Source: Macrostomum lignano
Taxonomy: Eukaryota
Direction: 5' to 3'
Assembly (NCBI GenBank): GCA_002269645.1
Contig: NIVC01002460.1
Location: forward strand, 62,001-126,000
DNA: 64,000 nt
Below are positions 38,705 through 50,425 of the stretch, piece by piece. The first letter of the stretch is position 1. Every line of letters begins with the position of its first letter. Below the pieces are notes generated by a model. It made no database searches and had not been told where the DNA came from. It saw only the letters and a program-made list of their open reading frames with translations. A program made the position numbers and the translations under genes.

Positions 38705-39440
38705 TGTGTCTAACAGGTTCCTAACCCTAACAGGTCACGTGACTAACAGGTCGTGAGATCGTGTCTAACAATTTGTATAACAGGTCATGAGGTCGTGTCT
38801 AACAATGTGTCTAACAGGTCGTGAGGTCGTGTCTAACAATGTGTCTAACAGGTCGTGGAATCGTGTCTAACAATGTGTCTAACAGGTCATGGGGTCGTGT
38901 CTAACAATGTGTCTAACAGGTCATGGGGTCGTGTCTAACAATGTGTCTAACAGGTCATGAGGTCGTGTCTAACAATGTGTCTAACAGGTCATGAGGTCGT
39001 GTCTAACAATGTGTCTAACAGGTCATGGGGTCGTGTCTAACAATGTGTCTAACAGGTCATGAGGTCGTGTCTAACAATGTGTCTAACAGGTCATGAGGTC
39101 GTGTCTAACAATGTGTCTAACAGGTCATGAGGTCGTGTCTAACAATGTGTCTAACAGGTCACGAGGTCGTGTCTAACAATGTGTCTAACAGGTCATGAGG
39201 TCGTGTCTAACAATGTGTCTAACAGGTCATGAGGTCGTGTCTAAGAATGTGTCTAACAGGTCACGAGGTCGTGTCTAACAATGTGTCTAAAAGGTCATGA
39301 GGTCGTGTCTAACAATGTGTCTAACAGGTCATGAGGTCGTGTCTAACAATGTGTCTAACAGGTCATGAGGTCGTGTCTAACAATGTGTCTAACAGATCAT
39401 GCGTCTAACAAATCATGTCTATGTCTAACAATGCGTCTAA
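38705..39440. repeat. ~34-bp minisatellite gtctaacaatgtgtctaacaggtcatgaggtcgt
   Basis: About 20 copies. Confidence 0.92.
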
Positions 39441-39783
39441 TAACAGATTAACTCTCAAAAATCCTGTTCAGTGCTTTACTAAAGTTACTTTTTTCTTTAT
39501 TTTTTCTAAGTGCAAACCCCTTAAAATTTAACAGAAAGAAAAAGTACTAGAAGTACTTCAAAATTGCTCTTATTTAAAAAGCGCATTTTTAACTTTCAAA
39601 ATTTTAGCTGTAAGTTAATACCTTTGAAATGCGCAATCAGTTGATGGGAAGAAAATTGATTAAAAATGTATTTTTTTGTTTTTAAAAAATTGATAATAAC
39701 TACTAAGAGAACCATTTTTCGCGTTATTTTCCTAGAGCCGTCAAATTGTGCTTTATTTACAGACTCAATCTAATCAGAACAAT

Positions 39784-40287
39784 TCACAGCAGAGTGCACT
39801 GGCTCATCCGGGCCCCAATAGACATCGGGCCCAATACGCCGTACTGCTCAAACGAAGAGTTCAACGCCTCGTCAGCTCCGGTCAGAGTCAGACGATCGAC
39901 AGTCGACGCTTCGGCAGCGCCGGACGGCAGGGGAGAATTCCACTCAGCAGGTGGCTGATCCCGGTACTGCCAAACATCGTTGCCGGTCATTGCCCGCAGT
40001 CTGGCATGCCGCCGACGCATCTCGCTGAGCACAAGCGCCTCAAATGCCGGTCGATCGTCATTCTGCTGCAGGCAATTGTCGTAGTCTACGGCCCACTGGC
40101 TGCAGTCCGGCGGCGTGCCGTAAACAAACTCGTGATGCCTGCGGTAGGCCCGGCTGCGGCAGACTCTGAGCTCTTCTTTGTAGATTGAGCAGGGTCGGAT
40201 CAACCAGCTGTACCTGTCCAGTTTGGGATTGGGCTGCTGACTCTGCTGCTCTCCTGCCGGCTTTGTTGAGGCCTCGGCGATAGGCAT
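39784..40287 (-). CDS. C22orf39: C22orf39/UPF0545 (DUF3128, PANTS) homologue, intronless, 167 aa
   Basis: RPCSIYKEELRVCRS...HHEFVYGTPPDCSQWAVDYDNC...SEMRR...VWQYRDQPPAEWNSPLP matches the recalled family pattern RPCxxYxxExxxC...YxxGxxPxCxQW...WxxRxxPPxDW. Confidence 0.82.
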   Translation of the reverse strand: MPIAEASTKPAGEQQSQQPNPKLDRYSWLIRPCSIYKEELRVCRSRAYRRHHEFVYGTPPDCSQWAVDYDNCLQQNDDRPAFEALVLSEMRRRHARLRAMTGNDVWQYRDQPPAEWNSPLPSGAAEASTVDRLTLTGADEALNSSFEQYGVLGPMSIGARMSQCTLL

Positions 40288-40414
40288 GGTTGCTAGATAG
40301 TCAGTAGGATTAACTGAATTAACATGAATTCAATTTGAGCTGGGGAGTTGGCTTTGTGCGCTTTAATTGGTTCCTGTCTATTAAACCATAATGAATGGGT
40401 CTGCTTTGACACCT

Positions 40415-40855
40415 GACACCCTAGCCTAATATTCAGAAAAGCTTCTGACACCCTAGCCTAATCTTTATATAGGCTTCTGTCACCCTAGCCTAATCTTTAT
40501 ATAGGCTTCTGACACCCTAGCCTAATCTTTGGATAGGTCTCTGACACCTAGCCATCTTAAGATAGGCTTCTGACACCCTAGCCTAGTCTTTAGATAGGCC
40601 TCTGATACCCTAGGCTAGTCATTAGATAGGCCTCTGACACCCTAGCTTAGTCTTAAGATAGGCTTCTGACACCCTAGCCATCTTAGGATAGGCTTCTGAC
40701 ACCCTAGCCTAGTCTTTAGATAGGCTTCTGAGTCTGACACCCTAGCCTAGTCTATATAGGCTTCTGACACCCTAGCCTAGTCTTTAGATAGGCCTCTGAT
40801 ACCCTAGCCTAGTCATTAGATAGGCCTCTGACACCCTAGCCTAGTCTTAAGATAG
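40415..40855. repeat. ~33-bp minisatellite ttctgacaccctagcctagtctttagataggc
   Basis: About 13 copies. Confidence 0.88.
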
Positions 40856-40925
40856 GAACAAATGATCAATTATATAGGCTTAAACTTTTGGTACTGCAAT
40901 ATTAATTCTTAAACTTTATTTTCTA

Positions 40926-41327
40926 TAATGGGTGATCCAAAAAAATGGACAAACTTTGTAGTGAAACTGTGCCAAGGCAATATAGTGAATCTTTACAGGC
41001 TCGCAGCAGGTGAATCCTGACACCTATAAGATTTTTTCTGCCAACTTTGGAATGGATATCTTTATCCAGTTTTCTAAAATAGCCATTCTAAATTTAGCCA
41101 GCAGTCACTTTCAACTTGAAGCCATAGACAGTAGATGTGTAATTATAGAAACAACCAAAGACACTTTCAACTTAAAGCCAAAGACTATTTGGAATATTCA
41201 TTCCAAAGTTGGCAGAAAAAATCTTACAGGTGTCAGGATTCACTTGCTGCAAGCCTGTAAAGATTCACTGTATTGCCTTGGCACAATTTCACTACAAAGT
41301 TTGTCCATTTTTTTGGATCACCCATTA
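40926..41327. mobile_element. MITE with ~130-bp inverted repeats and TA flanks
   Basis: taatgggtgatccaaaaaaatggac... at the left is the reverse complement of ...gtccatttttttggatcacccatta at the right; TA at 40924-40925 and 41328-41329. Confidence 0.85.
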
Positions 41328-41329
41328 TA

Positions 41330-42648
41330 CGAGGGGTGATCAAAAAGTTCTGCAACCTTTTGTTATAGCTTTTAGTTATAGAATTGGGAAAAGCCAAAAA
41401 CTTACACATATGCAGCTGTATCTGTTTGCTATATTTATATGCATTTTTGGCTTCCAAATGTGCTCCAGTAAAATTTCACAGCCATATATTTTCCATGTGT
41501 TTTCAGTAGCTGATGGAAACAACAAAAGACAGTGTTCGCTTCTATATCTTTATGTGCATGCAACTTGGTTGCAAAGTGACTGAGATTCACACCGATCTGG
41601 TGAATGTTTTAGCTGACTCTGCTCCATCATTTGACATGGTTGCCCGCTGGCTGCACCATTTCTTGGAAGGCTGGGACAGCTTCAACGATGAACCGAGGTC
41701 TGGCTAACCCCGGACATCCGTGACCGAAGATGTCGTGGCCCATGCCGATGCAATAATTCGTGAGGATTGGAGCATTATGCTAAGATTCATTGCCTATGAG
41801 CTTGGTGTCAGCTGTGGAAGTGCTCATAACATCATGCATGAGCAACTAGGCCGCACAAAGACCTGCGCTCGGTGGGTACCCCATCTTCTCACTCCGGAGC
41901 AGCAAGCAGAGAGGGTGCGCATCTGTCGCTTGTGGCTGCAAATTTTTGAGCCCCACGGCCCACGACGACTGTCGGATGTCATCACAGGGGACGAATGTTG
42001 GATCTCCTTCTTTTACCATGAAGGATAAGCAGTCCAACATGGTCTGGCTGGCAGAAGATGAGCCAAGGCCTGAGGTGCTGAAGACCGGATTCCGCAGTCG
42101 GAAGCGGATGTTCACCATTTTTTTCAACTCTCAGGGTGTTGTATCGGTAAACATCCTTCCAGCGGGTGCCACAGTGACTGCCAGGTACTACACAGACACT
42201 GTTCTGCCAGGCGTGCTGCAGGAGCGGCAGGAACGTGCGCGAACCAGGCATGGACCTCGACTCCTGCTGCACCATGACAATGCGGCACCGCACAGAGCGG
42301 CCTCAACCATGACATACCTAGAGCAGCAGGGGGTCCGGCTGCTGCCCCATCCACCCTACTCTCTAGACCTAGCACCTTGCGACTTTTGGCTGTTCCCGAG
42401 GATCAAATCCATCATTTCTGGGAGGCCATTTTCACGCATGCAAGACCTTGCCCAAGCGGTACATTCAGCTCTACAGGGCATACCAACTTCGGAGTACCAG
42501 GACTGCTTTCAGACATGGTGCACACGGATGCGACGGTGCATAGATAGTGGTGGAAAGTACTTTTAGGGAATGTGACACTGATTAGATGCCTTGGCTGCTG
42601 TAGCACAGAGTTGTGAAGTCACTTGCAGAACTTTTTGATCACCCCTCG
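41330..42648 (+). mobile_element. Full-length (1,319 bp) mariner transposon, inactive
   Basis: TIR cgaggggtgatcaaaaagttctgcaa and its exact complement; TA duplications; transposase motifs WVPHLL, TGDE, HHDNA and PYSLDLAPCDFWLFP (DD34D). Confidence 0.95.
41513..42566 (+). pseudogene. Mariner transposase pseudogene
   Basis: In-frame TAA at 41705-41707 after DEPRSG, a frameshift near the T run at ~42010, and YSPDL changed to YSLDL. Confidence 0.9.
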
Positions 42649-45600
42649 TATATGTAACATGTTTATAGGTTTTGTAAAGATTATCACAATTAGAAAAAAA
42701 ATTAATTTTTATTTTATATCTATATTATAATTTATATGTCTTATTTAAAATAAGATTTTAACTTACAATATAAACCTATTGTCTTAGGCCTTGATTATAC
42801 TAATATACTATTATAATATAACCTATAGTGTAGAATATAAAATTACATTCTACTTACACTAAAGTCTATGCAAAATTCCTATTCTAATTTAAAATAACTA
42901 TTTTAATGTTAAAATATTTTGTTGCTATTATTATTTTGTTTGGCCTATCTTTTTGTATTATTATATTTATCAAAAAGCATAATGGCTATGCAGCAAGCTG
43001 CTCAAATGAAGAGTTCATTTGAGGCCTTGGCCTTGGCCTATTTAATATATTATATTTATATTATATATAGGCCTCTATATCTAATAAAAGCATATAGGTC
43101 AACTGACTTTTAATCAAGAATTAGCCTAGTCTGATACATAAAGTCATAACTATAAGTTTGAAATTGAATTTGAACAGCTCATTAACAACTTGATTAGACT
43201 AAGATTTTGAACTCATTTTACAGGTTTCAGCCAAGAACAAATAAGACAAATTAAATTACGAGTATGAATTGCAACATCGATCATTTTACAAGCAACAAAT
43301 GGATGTAATTAATTGATGTAGGCCTATTTATGAAAGATTATTTGATGAAAAATAGCAACTAGCCCTAAAGTTTTGTTTTGTCTTGATCTTGAACTGCTAC
43401 CAAGATTTTGCCTCTTAGACCCCTGCCCTGCCATGCCTCCCCACTGTAAATTTAGTTAGATGTATAAGTGTGTAAAATCAGAATGAAGTGGTGTAAATTG
43501 CAGATAAATGAAAACGTGTAGATCCTTTGTTTGCTTGCACTTTTATTCATCCTGTGATTAATACTATTAATAATAGTTATAGTAATAGCTATTCACACAT
43601 GATCTTGCATAAAAGAAAGTATTCTCTTATTCAGTCAAAGCGAAAAAGACTGCGTCAGACGTAATATTTTATTTTACTGACATTTGATAACTTATTTTGC
43701 ATGTTTTCAAATAAACTTATAATGCAGATTATTAATTTATCGTGCATTTTACAGATTCTATCGCTAAGTATAAAGGGTTTAATAGATGAAGGAATTATCA
43801 CAGAATTAAAGCGAATTTTATTTTACCAAAATTTTGATTTTTCATGATTTTCAGCATCTTTTATACCTTCTGTTCCTTTTAAAAAATATTTTTATAACTG
43901 CAGCCGAAGGTGCATTCATACTGTACATATGTACATGTAGTCTTTTGATCAGCTGCTCAGCACACATGATGCTTAGCACCATATCCGGTATAATATTAAT
44001 GAATCACCTTTTTGTCTTTGCTTTTGGTTCAGTTTATTTGTTTTTGTTGGCGTGCATTCATAGAATTATTAATAATGTTCGTTTGCAGAAAGTGCCAAAC
44101 ACAATGCAAAGGAGCATAGATAGATAGAAAGGATAGAACAAATAAAAAAACTAGAGTTCTTGCGCACGCGCGCTCACGAAAAGGCAGGAGGGGCAGGCAG
44201 CTGTAGTCTGGGGGCTGAGACCCAGCGCCTGCAAGTCAGACATGAACAGCCACTCAGCGTCACAGCTCACAGTACAACATTGGCCATGGCGCTTCGTTCT
44301 GCAGCGCAGGAGGACCTGCAGGATGAGCCACTGCCATGCACTGTCTCAAATCAAGAACATCAATACAAGTATCATGCACTTACGTTGCACTGTTTTATAC
44401 TTACATTGTTATACTAAAGTGCATGGTCCTTGTTTCCACAGCGTCGCTTACATGTAATTACATGTATTAAAAATATAGGTACAATTTTGATTCAATGTTG
44501 ACAACTTGAAAATTGAGAATCCTGATTGCTGATGATTAAGCAATACAGTAACTATGTAATTCAAAATTAATGATGATCGATAGGTGTGCTCGTAATTTAT
44601 AGATAGTCGCTTGACAACCAAATACAGCGGCTGCAAATACAAATGTTAAAATTTGTTTTTAAAGCTATTTAAAGCTGTTTTAAAATGTCTGGTACATGTG
44701 TAACTGAAAAGAATGACATCGAACAATACGATCATATAGGACCTTGTTTCTTGATCACGATTCCAAAAAAGATCTATTTAATTCCAAAAACTCATTAATC
44801 AGAAATTTGCTAGTTTTGGCTTAGTTGCTTATAAGTTCTTTTAAATCACAGATAGTGGTGCCATTTTAAGACCTCCTTTTAAATGATTCAAAATTGATAT
44901 CTTTACTTCAAGAACTATATAATTAATACTGAGTCTTATTTCGCAAATATACCAATTGTATAGTTACATGCCAAGCAAAAGCTTGTTGGTGATAGCATAC
45001 TGTACTTTAAAATACCGCCGATAAACACAAAAGTATGTCACGTGATGTTTACATACAAATGCATGGCATGAGAGCCTAGAGACAGGACGGAGGCGTGTCT
45101 CTGATTCAGTCAGCTGTTTTCTGATATCAACAATGAAGCATATAGAAAGCTTGAGTACAGTAGTGTGATCAGAGAAACACTTGCTTTCGACAAATATATA
45201 ATTTTCTTGAGCTCAAACTAGGCATTGCAAATCTATAGAGTGCGGCATTACCACTCAAGCGGCTTATTTGATGTTTGGTCTTCTTATCAGCTGTAAGACT
45301 AAATCAAATGTGAGTTCGAATTAGACTCATATTAAAATGAATATGACAGTAAAAAAACAGCTAAATTTCTAGATAATACCGGAGTACGCCGGGTGTCGGA
45401 AAACAGAGCGGAAAATCTACCGTCACAAGGTCAGAGCAGCTCTATTGAACAGATTTGAGTACAATTTGAGTTGGTTTCACCTTGACCTGGCTGCTTGGCC
45501 ACGCGCATAAATGCCGGACCATGAAAGACATATACATGTAGCAAACCAGTCAGCAAAATAGCTGTAAATAAAAAGCTAAAAATAGCGCCTAAAAATTCTC

Positions 45601-46210
45601 CGAGATAGGCAAGCAGGTTAATGATATTAAATTTGATTTCACCGCTTTTTATTGTTCAATATCATTTGCATCTCCTCATTACCAATTTTAATGTTTGTCT
45701 GCGAATTCTGAAACAAAAAGAAAAAAGTGTTGCTAATTCGATAGTAACGTACTGAATGTACTAAAATTAATTGTAGCAATATATTGGTTTATTTGATTCG
45801 ATTGTCAGTTTATTGTTCGTCAACAGTTGGAAGAACAATTTAATATGAATTGAGAAGGGATACTGTGCGAGAAAGTAATCGAAATAAAACTACTCACAAC
45901 AGAGAGACAATAAATTTAAATTTACATATTTACATGCAAAAATTGCTGCAGATTATTTTTGCATTTAATTAAAACATTAAAAACATAAAACAAAGACTCC
46001 AGTGCCATGGATGCTTAATGCATACACGCAACAAAGACAACTAAAAAGTAAGAATGAATAGCAATTAAATAATTCTAAAAAAATGTGACACTTGTGAAAC
46101 GCTCGCACAACATTTTCTCGCATCATATCTATGAAGTACCTGCACTTAGCAACTGAGTAGCATCTGCTGGCTGCCTTCATCATGCTGCAAGAGTTCTCTT
46201 GTGCTCAAAA

Positions 46211-47791
46211 TTACACTCTCGGTTCCATCACCAGCTGATAGTTCTTTGGCGACCAGACCAGGCCGTCGGAGCCCTCCATCAGCCTGGCGACATACTCCGG
46301 GGTCACGTCGCCCGCCAGACGAAATCGGTAGCGTCGAATGAGCTCGACAGTCACCAGAGTGATCTGCAGCTCGGCCAGGCGCTCTCCCGGACACGAGCGC
46401 GGCCCGACAGAGAACGGGATGACCTCAGCCGGCTTCTTGAACTGGCCGCCGGGTCCGGTGAGGAACCTGGCCGGATCGAACTGGTCTGGCGCAGCGCCGA
46501 ATACTGTCGAACTGCGCAGGGCCTCGCGCAGATTGGGGAAGACCCATGCGCCTGCTGGCACCCGGTAGCCTAGCACCACAATGTCCTCCTTGGCGCAGTG
46601 ATTTATGGCTGTAGGCAGCGGCGGATGAAGTCGCAGCACCTCGGTGATCAGAGCGCGCAGGCCCGGAGCTTCTTGGCAATCGGCAGCAGTGAGCGCACTG
46701 AGCTCCTTGAACAGCTCATCCTGGTAGTCTCCATTCCGATGAGTTGCCAAGTAGAGGAAGATCCACTTCAGACAGCTCGACGTCGTGTCAGTTGCTCCGA
46801 TGAGAAGGTCAAAGATGGTCACGGCCAGGCCGCTGTCGCTGTAGTTCTCCATGCTGGCCAGCTCCGCGCTGTTCACAGCCGTCTCAACGAAGAATGTCGC
46901 ATCGCCGCAGCCGCTGTTGGAGAGCTGATTAGCCTGACGAATCTGGTCCTCGATGAAGCTTAACAACAGTTTGATGCTGCGCTGGGCCGCTCGAGTCTTC
47001 TTCACCAGGTAGAAGAGCAAGTTGGGAAATGCCATCAGGTAGGGCAGCAGGACGGATGTGGCGAAGGAGGAGTAGATATCCTTCTGCACAATGGTTTGCA
47101 CAGCCTCGAGTCTGCTGGTGAAATTCTGATTGTCGGAGGCGCGCTGACCGAAAATGATGCGGAACACGATGTTGGCGGTGATGCGGGTGAACAGCTCGCT
47201 GGGGACTGGCTCCCCGGGAACCTGTTCCTCCAGGCTCAGCTGCAGCTCCTCGTGCATCAAGGACTCCAGGTTGCCCCGATGCGAGCGAATCTGCGATATG
47301 AACCGGTGCACAAACTGCCGCTGCTTCCTCCAGGCCGGGCCCTCGCCCAGGGCCAGTCCGTTGCCATTGAACAGCTTCTTGGACCACAGCCCCTGCGGCC
47401 GGCCCGACAGCGCCTCGCCGTGCTCCTTCAGCGCGTCAATGGCTTTCAAACTGTTCAATGAGACCCAGCAGTTGCCGGCTAGTTGGAAGACGAATATTTC
47501 GCCGTACAGGCGCGCACCTTCGGGCAGCCAGCGTCGGTACGGCAGCTGCATGAATGGGTAGGAGCCGACAACTGGCAGACTGGGAGGTCCGGGCAGCTCC
47601 CGTCCCGCCGGCCTGTCTGTCGCAGATTCCTCAGCAATCGATTTGCGTTTCTGTCGAAGTTTTCGACGCAGTTTGGACGCCGTGCAGCCGGCCGCGGTGA
47701 GCAGAATGGTGGAGACGAGCAGAATTTTGAGTAGGGCGATGGCTGAATCGGCTAATAACAGGTCGTACGGGTGCACGTTGAGCTGGTCCAT
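46211..47791 (-). CDS. Cytochrome P450, CYP2 clan, intronless, 526 aa
   Basis: N-terminal TM anchor, PGPPSLPVVG hinge, WxxxR (WRKQR), I-helix GATDTT, ExxR (EVLR), FDPARF, and heme motif FSVGPRSCPGE. Confidence 0.95.
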   Translation of the reverse strand: MDQLNVHPYDLLLADSAIALLKILLVSTILLTAAGCTASKLRRKLRQKRKSIAEESATDRPAGRELPGPPSLPVVGSYPFMQLPYRRWLPEGARLYGEIFVFQLAGNCWVSLNSLKAIDALKEHGEALSGRPQGLWSKKLFNGNGLALGEGPAWRKQRQFVHRFISQIRSHRGNLESLMHEELQLSLEEQVPGEPVPSELFTRITANIVFRIIFGQRASDNQNFTSRLEAVQTIVQKDIYSSFATSVLLPYLMAFPNLLFYLVKKTRAAQRSIKLLLSFIEDQIRQANQLSNSGCGDATFFVETAVNSAELASMENYSDSGLAVTIFDLLIGATDTTSSCLKWIFLYLATHRNGDYQDELFKELSALTAADCQEAPGLRALITEVLRLHPPLPTAINHCAKEDIVVLGYRVPAGAWVFPNLREALRSSTVFGAAPDQFDPARFLTGPGGQFKKPAEVIPFSVGPRSCPGERLAELQITLVTVELIRRYRFRLAGDVTPEYVARLMEGSDGLVWSPKNYQLVMEPRV

Positions 47792-48421
47792 GATTGCTCA
47801 AAATTTTGCAAGCTGGGTCGCACTGCAAATTATACGGGCCTTCCTTCTTGAGCTATGCGCTTAAATAGACAGGCTGGCCTCTGCCCACCTGCTGACCTTC
47901 ACTGTGCGTATCGGTCGGAGCCACGTGAGCAGATTGCCTAGCGTTCGCTCGCGGTGAGCAGTAGTGGTCAGTGATTACTGAAATGAAAAAAACACACACA
48001 TTCTCCCCGGCTACTCACACGACCCTACGCTATTTATCTGCGTCAGTAAGTGCTGGCGCACCAGTTGCAGAATTGGCTTGGAGCAATGGCTAGTATTTTT
48101 AGAAATGAAGAGATAATAAAAAATTCTTTTAAACTCAACTTGATTGATTACGAAATGGACAAACTACTGTAGAAATACGGAGGCTCTTTGGGACTCTGAA
48201 AGCATGCCTGTAAAAACCCAGGCAGGCCCCTTGAGCACCCTTGAGAACACAGTTTTTTTCGCCACAATTTCGTGCTAACCCAGCTCAACGGTCCTTCATC
48301 CCTATTTTTGAGGAGGAAGTCAAGGCGCGGTCATGCCCATTCCGCTGACCCTTCAGCACACAATGCGCACGCTCACACAGGGTGTACAACGATCCTGACT
48401 TTCTTATTGTCAGGCGGTGTA

Positions 48422-49031
48422 CACTCAGCAACAGTCAAAACCGCCACCCTACCGAGAGAGGCGACTTCTCTCACACCTCAACTGCAAGTGACGTAACTTG
48501 CGCCACGGCGTGGCTAAAGCTGGGTGAGAGTGAATGCAGGAGAGGGCAATCAGGGGATGCAGGGGATGCCCCATCTCTTTTTTTCATTAGACGGAGCAGG
48601 GTGGCTGGCGCGGTCGGAGTTCGCCTAACAATCCGCAGCAGACGTCGATTTGCCCTGGCTGTTGAGCCGCGGAGATCATGGCGCTGGCTGCCTATGGCTG
48701 CGTGCTGAACACTACCAGTCTCTTGGGACTTCGTTAACAGCGCTCGAATTGTTGAACGTGATCGGCCAGATTGGCGAGCAACTGCACTGATGGATGCACC
48801 AGCATCTAGCATGCCAACAGCGCGCCATCGTTCAGCGTCTGTCATATGCCTGACTATTGTCACGTGTACTGTTGCACCCCCAACCCCAACCCGTTCCCTT
48901 TGTACTCTCACCCTGGAATTCACTCTCACCCAGCTTTAGCCACGCCGTGGCGCAAGTTACGTCACTTGCAGTTGAGGTGAGAGAGAAGTCACCTCTCTCG
49001 GTAGGGTGGCGGTTTTGACTGTTGCTGAGTA
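48422..49031 (-). mobile_element. Non-autonomous Tc1-family element (610 bp) with a truncated transposase N-terminus
   Basis: 114-bp TIRs (48422-48535 / 48918-49031) with TA on both flanks; the minus-strand peptide AVGMLDAGASISAVARQSGRSRSTIRALLTKSQETGSV resembles the Tc1 paired-like HTH. Confidence 0.85.
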
Positions 49032-49600
49032 TACATACGTCTCTCTGTCCATTGTTAGTCGAACTACATGGGAGCTCGTTGTTTGTATGGACTACTAAGA
49101 GCACGATATATCTTATTCTGCAAAACTATTCGTTGATTTCCGGCCCTAAAACTGCCAAACATTTGAAGTTTGAGTGCTGAAAAATGTCATAGATGCTTTC
49201 TTTGCGGAAAAGTTGACTCAACTTTCTTAAAATTATAAATTTATACGATTGTGAACTGTGGACGTAAAAATGCTGAACTGACTGTAGGACCAGTGCACTT
49301 GAAAGTGACTCAAATTTTCTTAACGAATCGTGGAGCTGCCCCTGAAGGTGAGTGACAGGTAAGTAATTGATAAAATCTTGCTTACAATCACAGTAATTAC
49401 AGCACAGAGTACCGAAGAAGAACTTAAAATCAAACTTAAAGTGGGGCCTGCTTGGCATATGCGCCCGCGTTTGCCAACCAAAGCAACCCCTCACGCATGG
49501 GTGCCAACTTTGCACCCGAATCTGTGTCTGATTAAAGTTTAATAGCACTCTACTGAGGCACTCGCTGGTTCAGCATTAAGAGAAACTACTTTAATACTAG

Positions 49601-50425
49601 GATGCTTACTGCAAGACCAAGATGCTTACTGCAAGACCAAGATGCTTACTGCAAGACCAAGATGCTTACTGCAAGACCAAGCTGCTTACTGCAAGACCAA
49701 GCTGCTTGCTGCAAGACCAAGATGCTTAATTTACTGCAATACCAAGTCAAGGATGCTCACAACAAGTCGATGATGCTCACAGCAAGTCAATGATGCTCAC
49801 ATGCTCACAGCAAGTCGATGATGCTCACAGCAAGTCAACGATGCTCACAGCAAGTCAACGATGCTCACAGCAAGTCAATGATCCTCACAGCAAGTCAATG
49901 ATCCTCACAGCAAGTCAATGATGCTCACAGCAAGTCGATGATGCTCACAGCAAGTCAACGATGCTCACAGCAAGTCAACGATGCTCACAGCAAGTCAATG
50001 ATCCTCACAGCAAGTGAATGATGCTCACAGCAAGTCAACGATGCTCACAGCAAGTCAACGATGCTCACAGCAAGTCAATGATGCTCACAGCAAGTGAATG
50101 ATGCTCACAGCAAGTCAATGATGCTCACAGCAAGTCAATGATCCTCACAGCAAGTGAATGATGCTCACAGCAAGTCAATGATGCTCACAGCAAGTCAATG
50201 ATCCTCACAGCAAGTCAACGATGCTCACAGCAAGTGAATGATGCTCACAGCAAGTCAATGATGCTCACAGCAAGTCAATGATCCTCACGGCAAGTCAATG
50301 ATGCTCACAGCAAGTCAATGATGCTCACAGCAAGCCAATGATCCTCACAGCAAGTCAATGATGCTCACAGCAAGTCAATGATGCTCACAGCAAGTCAATG
50401 ATGCTCACAGCAAGTCAATGATGTT
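49601..50425. repeat. Two adjacent 20-bp minisatellites: gatgcttactgcaagaccaa (49601-49728) and gatgctcacagcaagtcaat (49755-50425)
   Basis: Direct reading. Confidence 0.92.

Noticed and set aside
49126-49548. 140-aa minus-strand ORF with a CCNYCDC cluster
   Set aside because: No recognisable domain, start or splice context.
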